Shown: positions 60,365 through 64,000 of the stretch, piece after piece | Position numbering within the stretch: the first letter of the stretch is position 1 | Layout: each line of letters opens with the position of its first letter | Assembly (NCBI GenBank): GCA_963825525.1 | Contig: CAWGTN010000002.1 | Coordinates: forward strand, 864,001 to 928,000 | Direction: 5' to 3' | Length of the DNA: 64,000 bases | Source: an uncultured Chloroflexia bacterium | GTDB taxonomy: Bacteria > Chloroflexota > Limnocylindria > QHBO01 | Made by a program: the position numbers and the translations under genes | The notes under the pieces: model-generated | The model's database searches: none | Seen by the model: only the letters and a program-made list of their open reading frames with translations | What the model was told of the DNA's origin: nothing

Positions 60365-62254
60365 CTACTGGCGCCGACCGGAGCCGACCTCGGTGGTGTC
60401 TCGTCGTGTCGCCGCGGTGCGCGACACGAGATCGCGCGCCGCATCGGCGATGTGTTCCGCGTCGATGCCTGCCGCCCTCAGCAGCTCGGCCGGCTTACCG
60501 GACCCGGGCATGTCCCGCACCGCCAGCTTCACGACGATCGGATGTGGCTGCTCCTCGGCGAGCGCTTCGAGGACGGCATCGCCGATCCCACCCTCCGGCC
60601 AGTGGTCCTCGACAGTCACGATGGCCCCCGTCTCACGGGCGGCCTGCCGGATCGTCTCGGCGTCGATCGGCTTGAGGCTGTAGAGATCGATCACGCGCGC
60701 TGAGATGCCCTCGGCCGCGAGCGCATCGGCGGCCTTGAGCGCCTCGTGGAGGGTGATCCCGGCACCGATCAGCGCGATCGCGTCAGCGTCGGACTCGCGC
60801 ACCACGCGCGAGCCTCCGATCAGGAAGTCGTCGCCCGGCTCGTACAGGATCGGCGTCTTCTCGCGGGTGGTCCGCATGTAGACGATCCCCTCCCGGTCGG
60901 CCATCTGCGGCACGAGGGCCGCGGTCTGGTTCGGGTCCGAGGGGTACAGCACGGTCGAGCCATGGATGGCGCGGTAGCTGGCAAGGTCCTCGAGGGCCAT
61001 CTGCGACGGCCCGTCCTCGCCGATGCTGACGCCGGCATGCGACCCGGCCACGGCGATGTTGGCGCGGCTGACGGCCGCCATGCGCACGAAGTCGTACGCG
61101 CGACTCAGGAACGCGGCGAACGTGACGGCGAACGGCTTCAAGCCGCGAACCTGCAGTCCGACCGCGGTCGCGATCATCTGCTGCTCCGCGATGTACACCT
61201 GCACGAACCGCTCGGCCAGTGCTTCGCTGAACTCTTCGGTGTAGGTGCTGTTGCCGACCTCGCCGTCGATTGCGATGACGTCGCCGCGCGACCGGCCGAG
61301 CGCAACGAGCGCATCCCCGAACGCCTTGCGCGTCGCTTCCTTGGTGCCGGGCTCGTACGAGGGCAGCGTCAGCGCCTCGGTGGGAAAGACGTGCGGCTCA
61401 CCGGCGAAGTCGGGCTTCGGAACGTCGACGTGGATGTCCCGCCGGCCGCCGAGCTCGGCGATCGCCGCCTCCTCGTCGTCGAGCGGCTTGCCGTGCTTGC
61501 CGGGCAGGTTCTCCACGGCCTTGACGCCTCGGCCCTTCTCGGTGCGAGCGATGATCACCGTGGGCCGGCCATCGGTGGCGACGGCCTGGCCGAGCGCCTC
61601 GTCGATGGCGGCGACATCGTGGCCGTCGATCTCGATCGCCTTCCACCCGAAGCCCTCGGCGCGCCGTCGGTAGGCATCGAGGTCCCAGCCGTGCATCGTC
61701 TCTCCGGTCTGACCCAGCCGGTTCACGTCGATGATCGCCGTCAGGTGGTCGAGCGCGTGGAAGCTGGCGAACTCGAAGGCCTCCCACATCGAGCCCTCGG
61801 CCATCTCGGAGTCGCCGCACAGCGCCCAGACGCGGTACGGGAGCCGATCGAACGACTTCCCGGCGAGGGCCACGGCCGCGGCGATCGGCAGGCCCTGGCC
61901 CAGGGACCCGGTCGCGACGTCGACCCAGGGCAGGATCGGCGTCGGATGTCCCTCGATCCGGCTGCCGAACTGGCGGAACGTGAGCATCTCGTCGTCGGTG
62001 ATGGCCCCCGCCGCCTTGTAGACCGCGTACAGCAGCGGTGACGCGTGCCCCTTGCTGAAGATGAGGTGGTCGTTGCGCGGGTCGTCGGGCCTGTCGAAGT
62101 CGTAGTGGAGATATTTCGACATGAGCACGGCCATCAGGTCGGCCGCGGACATCGATGAGGTGGGGTGGCCGCTCGCCGCGGCACTGCTGGATCGAACGGA
62201 ATCAACGCGGAGCTGCTGGCCGAGCTCGCGCCAATCGTCATGCTGACTCGTCAT
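60365..62254 (-). CDS. tkt: Transketolase
   Basis: SGHPTSSMS, SKGHA, EGHPTP, TGSLGQG, GDSE..EG, IAEQ, GEDGPSQM, EDH..EGG. Confidence 0.97.
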   Translation of the reverse strand: MTSQHDDWRELGQQLRVDSVRSSSAAASGHPTSSMSAADLMAVLMSKYLHYDFDRPDDPRNDHLIFSKGHASPLLYAVYKAAGAITDDEMLTFRQFGSRIEGHPTPILPWVDVATGSLGQGLPIAAAVALAGKSFDRLPYRVWALCGDSEMAEGSMWEAFEFASFHALDHLTAIIDVNRLGQTGETMHGWDLDAYRRRAEGFGWKAIEIDGHDVAAIDEALGQAVATDGRPTVIIARTEKGRGVKAVENLPGKHGKPLDDEEAAIAELGGRRDIHVDVPKPDFAGEPHVFPTEALTLPSYEPGTKEATRKAFGDALVALGRSRGDVIAIDGEVGNSTYTEEFSEALAERFVQVYIAEQQMIATAVGLQVRGLKPFAVTFAAFLSRAYDFVRMAAVSRANIAVAGSHAGVSIGEDGPSQMALEDLASYRAIHGSTVLYPSDPNQTAALVPQMADREGIVYMRTTREKTPILYEPGDDFLIGGSRVVRESDADAIALIGAGITLHEALKAADALAAEGISARVIDLYSLKPIDAETIRQAARETGAIVTVEDHWPEGGIGDAVLEALAEEQPHPIVVKLAVRDMPGSGKPAELLRAAGIDAEHIADAARDLVSRTAATRRDTTEVGSGRRQ

Positions 62255-62345
62255 GGGGATGTGGCTCCGCAAGTTATCTGCCGGATCTGGGTGGGTACCC
62301 ATGATACGGCCAGTCGCCATATCGGCCGCCGTGCGGGCAAGCGGA

Positions 62346-62372
62346 ACGGGCGGCCATCGGCTGACCGCCCGT
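62346..62372 (-). terminator. GC-rich hairpin downstream of the zinc-ribbon gene, possible terminator
   Basis: ACGGGCGG...CCGCCCGT stem; only a weak U-tract. Confidence 0.35.
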
Positions 62373-62397
62373 CGTTGGCGCGTGAGAGGTTGGTGAG

Positions 62398-62730
62398 TCA
62401 GCCGCGCATGGTTCGGAAGCAATCCGAGCAGTAGACCGGCCGGGCGCCCGTCGGCCGGAACGGGACCTGTGTCTCGCTCCCGCACTGCGCGCAGGTCGCA
62501 TCGTGCATCTCACGCGGTCCGCGTGAGAATCCGGAGTCTCCGCCATATCCCCCACCGTTGCCGTAGCTGCTGGCGCCGCCGTTCGACGCCCGTCGCTGTG
62601 CACGGCACGACCCACAGCGTTTCGGAGCGGACGCGAAGCCCTTCTCCGCAAAGAACTCCTGCTCGGAGGCCGAAAACACGAACTCGATGCCGCAATCGCC
62701 GCAGGTGATCACCTGATCGGTGTACGTCAT
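62398..62730 (-). CDS. Zinc-ribbon / CxxC-x17-CxxC domain protein
   Basis: MTYTDQVITCGDCG..F.FSASEQEFFAEKGF..PKRC..C, Gly-rich linker, REMH.ATCAQCG..TQVPFRP...RPVYCSDCF. Confidence 0.93.
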   Translation of the reverse strand: MTYTDQVITCGDCGIEFVFSASEQEFFAEKGFASAPKRCGSCRAQRRASNGGASSYGNGGGYGGDSGFSRGPREMHDATCAQCGSETQVPFRPTGARPVYCSDCFRTMRG

Positions 62731-62942
62731 GCCAACCCCTTCCAAGGCACAGTGTTGAACCACGCCGCTCTGCGGATCGACGCCGGCCCGGGATCTTGCC
62801 GCTGCCCCGAGGCCGACGGTTGGACGTGGTGAGGGGAGAGGAAGGGAAAGGCTGGTGGCGCCGGGTCCCTGCGGCCCGACCGGCGGAGTATGCCAAGAGC
62901 GACGCACGCCCCGCAAGCGAAATTCAGCGGTAGCATCGGCCG

Positions 62943-63134
62943 ATGCGCCGGGGCCTGATGATCATCGGCATCTTCGTGATCCTGTCCGGGCTGGTGTGGA
63001 TCGCGCAGGGGCTCGACCTGCCGTTTGCTCCGGGCAGCTTCATGACGGCCGACCGCAGCTGGGTGGTGATCGGGTCGATCACCGCCTTGGCGGGCCTTGT
63101 CATCGTGGACCGAGCGCGGCACCCGCGCGATTGA
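62943..63134 (+). CDS. Small two-TM membrane protein
   Basis: MRRGLMIIGIFVILSGLVWIAQG...PGSFMT...WVVIG; TAGCAT box 6 nt upstream. Confidence 0.75.
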   Translation: MRRGLMIIGIFVILSGLVWIAQGLDLPFAPGSFMTADRSWVVIGSITALAGLVIVDRARHPRD

Positions 63135-63144
63135 GGGCGAGGGC

Positions 63145-63735
63145 TCAGGCCCGTGAGACCCCGGCAGCCGCCATTTCGTCCAGTGCGCGTGGTCCGTCGA
63201 GCGGGTCCAGGTTGACGGCCGCAGTCGCGTTCTCGAGCACGGTCACCTCGAAACCTAGCCGGCGCGCATCGAGCGCCGTGGCCCTCACGCAGTAGTCGGT
63301 GGCCAGCCCGCACACGACGACGTGCGTCACACCGGATGCCCGCAGCAACGACTCCAGCTCGGTCGGCCGCTCGTCCCCGGTGACCGGATCACGGGTCGTG
63401 AAGCCCGAGTAGCCGTCCTCGCCGTTCACACCCTTGCGGACGCGCGGCGCACCGGGTGGAAGGTCGAATGCCGGATGCAGCTCCGATCCCCACGTGTCGG
63501 CCACGCAATGCACCGGCCAGATGCCGCCGTCCTTCGCAAAGTGGGGTGTCGATGCCGGATGCCAATCCTGGGTCGCAACGACCATCGCGCCGCGGTCAAC
63601 GGCATCCCGCACGGTCCGGTTGACGGCCGGGATGATCTCGGCGCCGCCGTGCACGGCGAGGCCACCCGTCGGATCGGCAAAGTCGTTCTGGAGATCGACG
63701 ACCACGATGGCAACCGTCGAGTCGATCGCGGGCAT
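63145..63735 (-). CDS. pncA: Nicotinamidase/pyrazinamidase (isochorismatase family)
   Basis: VVDLQNDF..GGLAV, TQDWH, WPVHCV, KG....GYSGF, GLATDYCVRATALDA. Confidence 0.93.
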   Translation of the reverse strand: MPAIDSTVAIVVVDLQNDFADPTGGLAVHGGAEIIPAVNRTVRDAVDRGAMVVATQDWHPASTPHFAKDGGIWPVHCVADTWGSELHPAFDLPPGAPRVRKGVNGEDGYSGFTTRDPVTGDERPTELESLLRASGVTHVVVCGLATDYCVRATALDARRLGFEVTVLENATAAVNLDPLDGPRALDEMAAAGVSRA

Positions 63736-63745
63736 CAGCGTCCGA

Positions 63746-64000
63746 TCAATTGGGAAAGATCCGCCGGAGTCGCCGATACGCGCGCGAAGCGGGACTCGGG
63801 AGCTCCACCGTGCGGGCGGCGGTGGCGGAGGGCGTGGCCTGCGCCGATGGGACTTCCGGCTCCTCGACGGCCGAGGCGTCTCCTGCGCTGCAAGGGTGGC
63901 GAGCGCCTCATCCAGCTCCGCAACGCCCGGGAGTGATGGGGCTCGGTGCTGTCACGTGTCTGCGCCGAGGTACGCGAGCTGGCCGGGCCACCTCGATCTC
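63746..64000 (-). CDS. Probable C-terminus of a hypothetical protein (partial, possibly frameshifted)
   Basis: Coding-like segments LPGVAELDEALATLAAQE and AVEEPEVPS...PASRAYRRLRRIFPN* lie in different frames. Confidence 0.35.

Noticed and set aside
63736-64000. pncB expected next to pncA
   Set aside because: No nicotinate phosphoribosyltransferase-like sequence in any frame of the available 265 nt

Overview
GC-rich (roughly 70% by eye), gene-dense bacterial chromosome segment. Gene content (tandem fabF, zwf+opcA, MoaD-MoaE fusion, CruF, leaderless starts, no outer-membrane genes) suggests a monoderm, most likely Chloroflexota (inference, not a database result). 1-22 kb holds housekeeping and accessory genes: pyrG, psuG with a PfkB kinase and DUF2203, agmatinase, two paralogous Ig-like membrane proteins, a Rieske/membrane protein/MoaD-MoaE/SGNH operon, CruF, an M20 hydrolase, fabD-fabF-fabF, a Nudix hydrolase and cysS. 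22-50 kb is a ~28-kb surface-glycan locus: CapD/PglF, Wzz, DegT, initiating transferase, five GT4 glycosyltransferases, O-antigen ligase-like protein, deacetylase, AsnB, alpha/alpha-barrel protein, methyltransferase, beta-helix protein, nucleotide-sugar dehydrogenase, Wzm/Wzt, GT-C-like protein, a PQQ sugar dehydrogenase with an exact 445-bp internal duplication, and VanZ. 50-64 kb holds proline dehydrogenase, a complete pentose-phosphate operon (tkt-tal-pgi-gnd-zwf-opcA-pgl), a zinc-ribbon gene with a structured leader, and pncA. About 7-8 single-base insertions disrupt conserved genes and are probably sequencing errors. No rRNA, tRNA, CRISPR array or mobile element was recognised. The best candidates for new biology are the hybrid ABC/ligase glycan locus with its tailoring cassette, the Rieske-'LGHWYL'-MoaDE operon, the paired Ig-like membrane proteins and two putative cis-regulatory leaders; none is proven novel from sequence alone.
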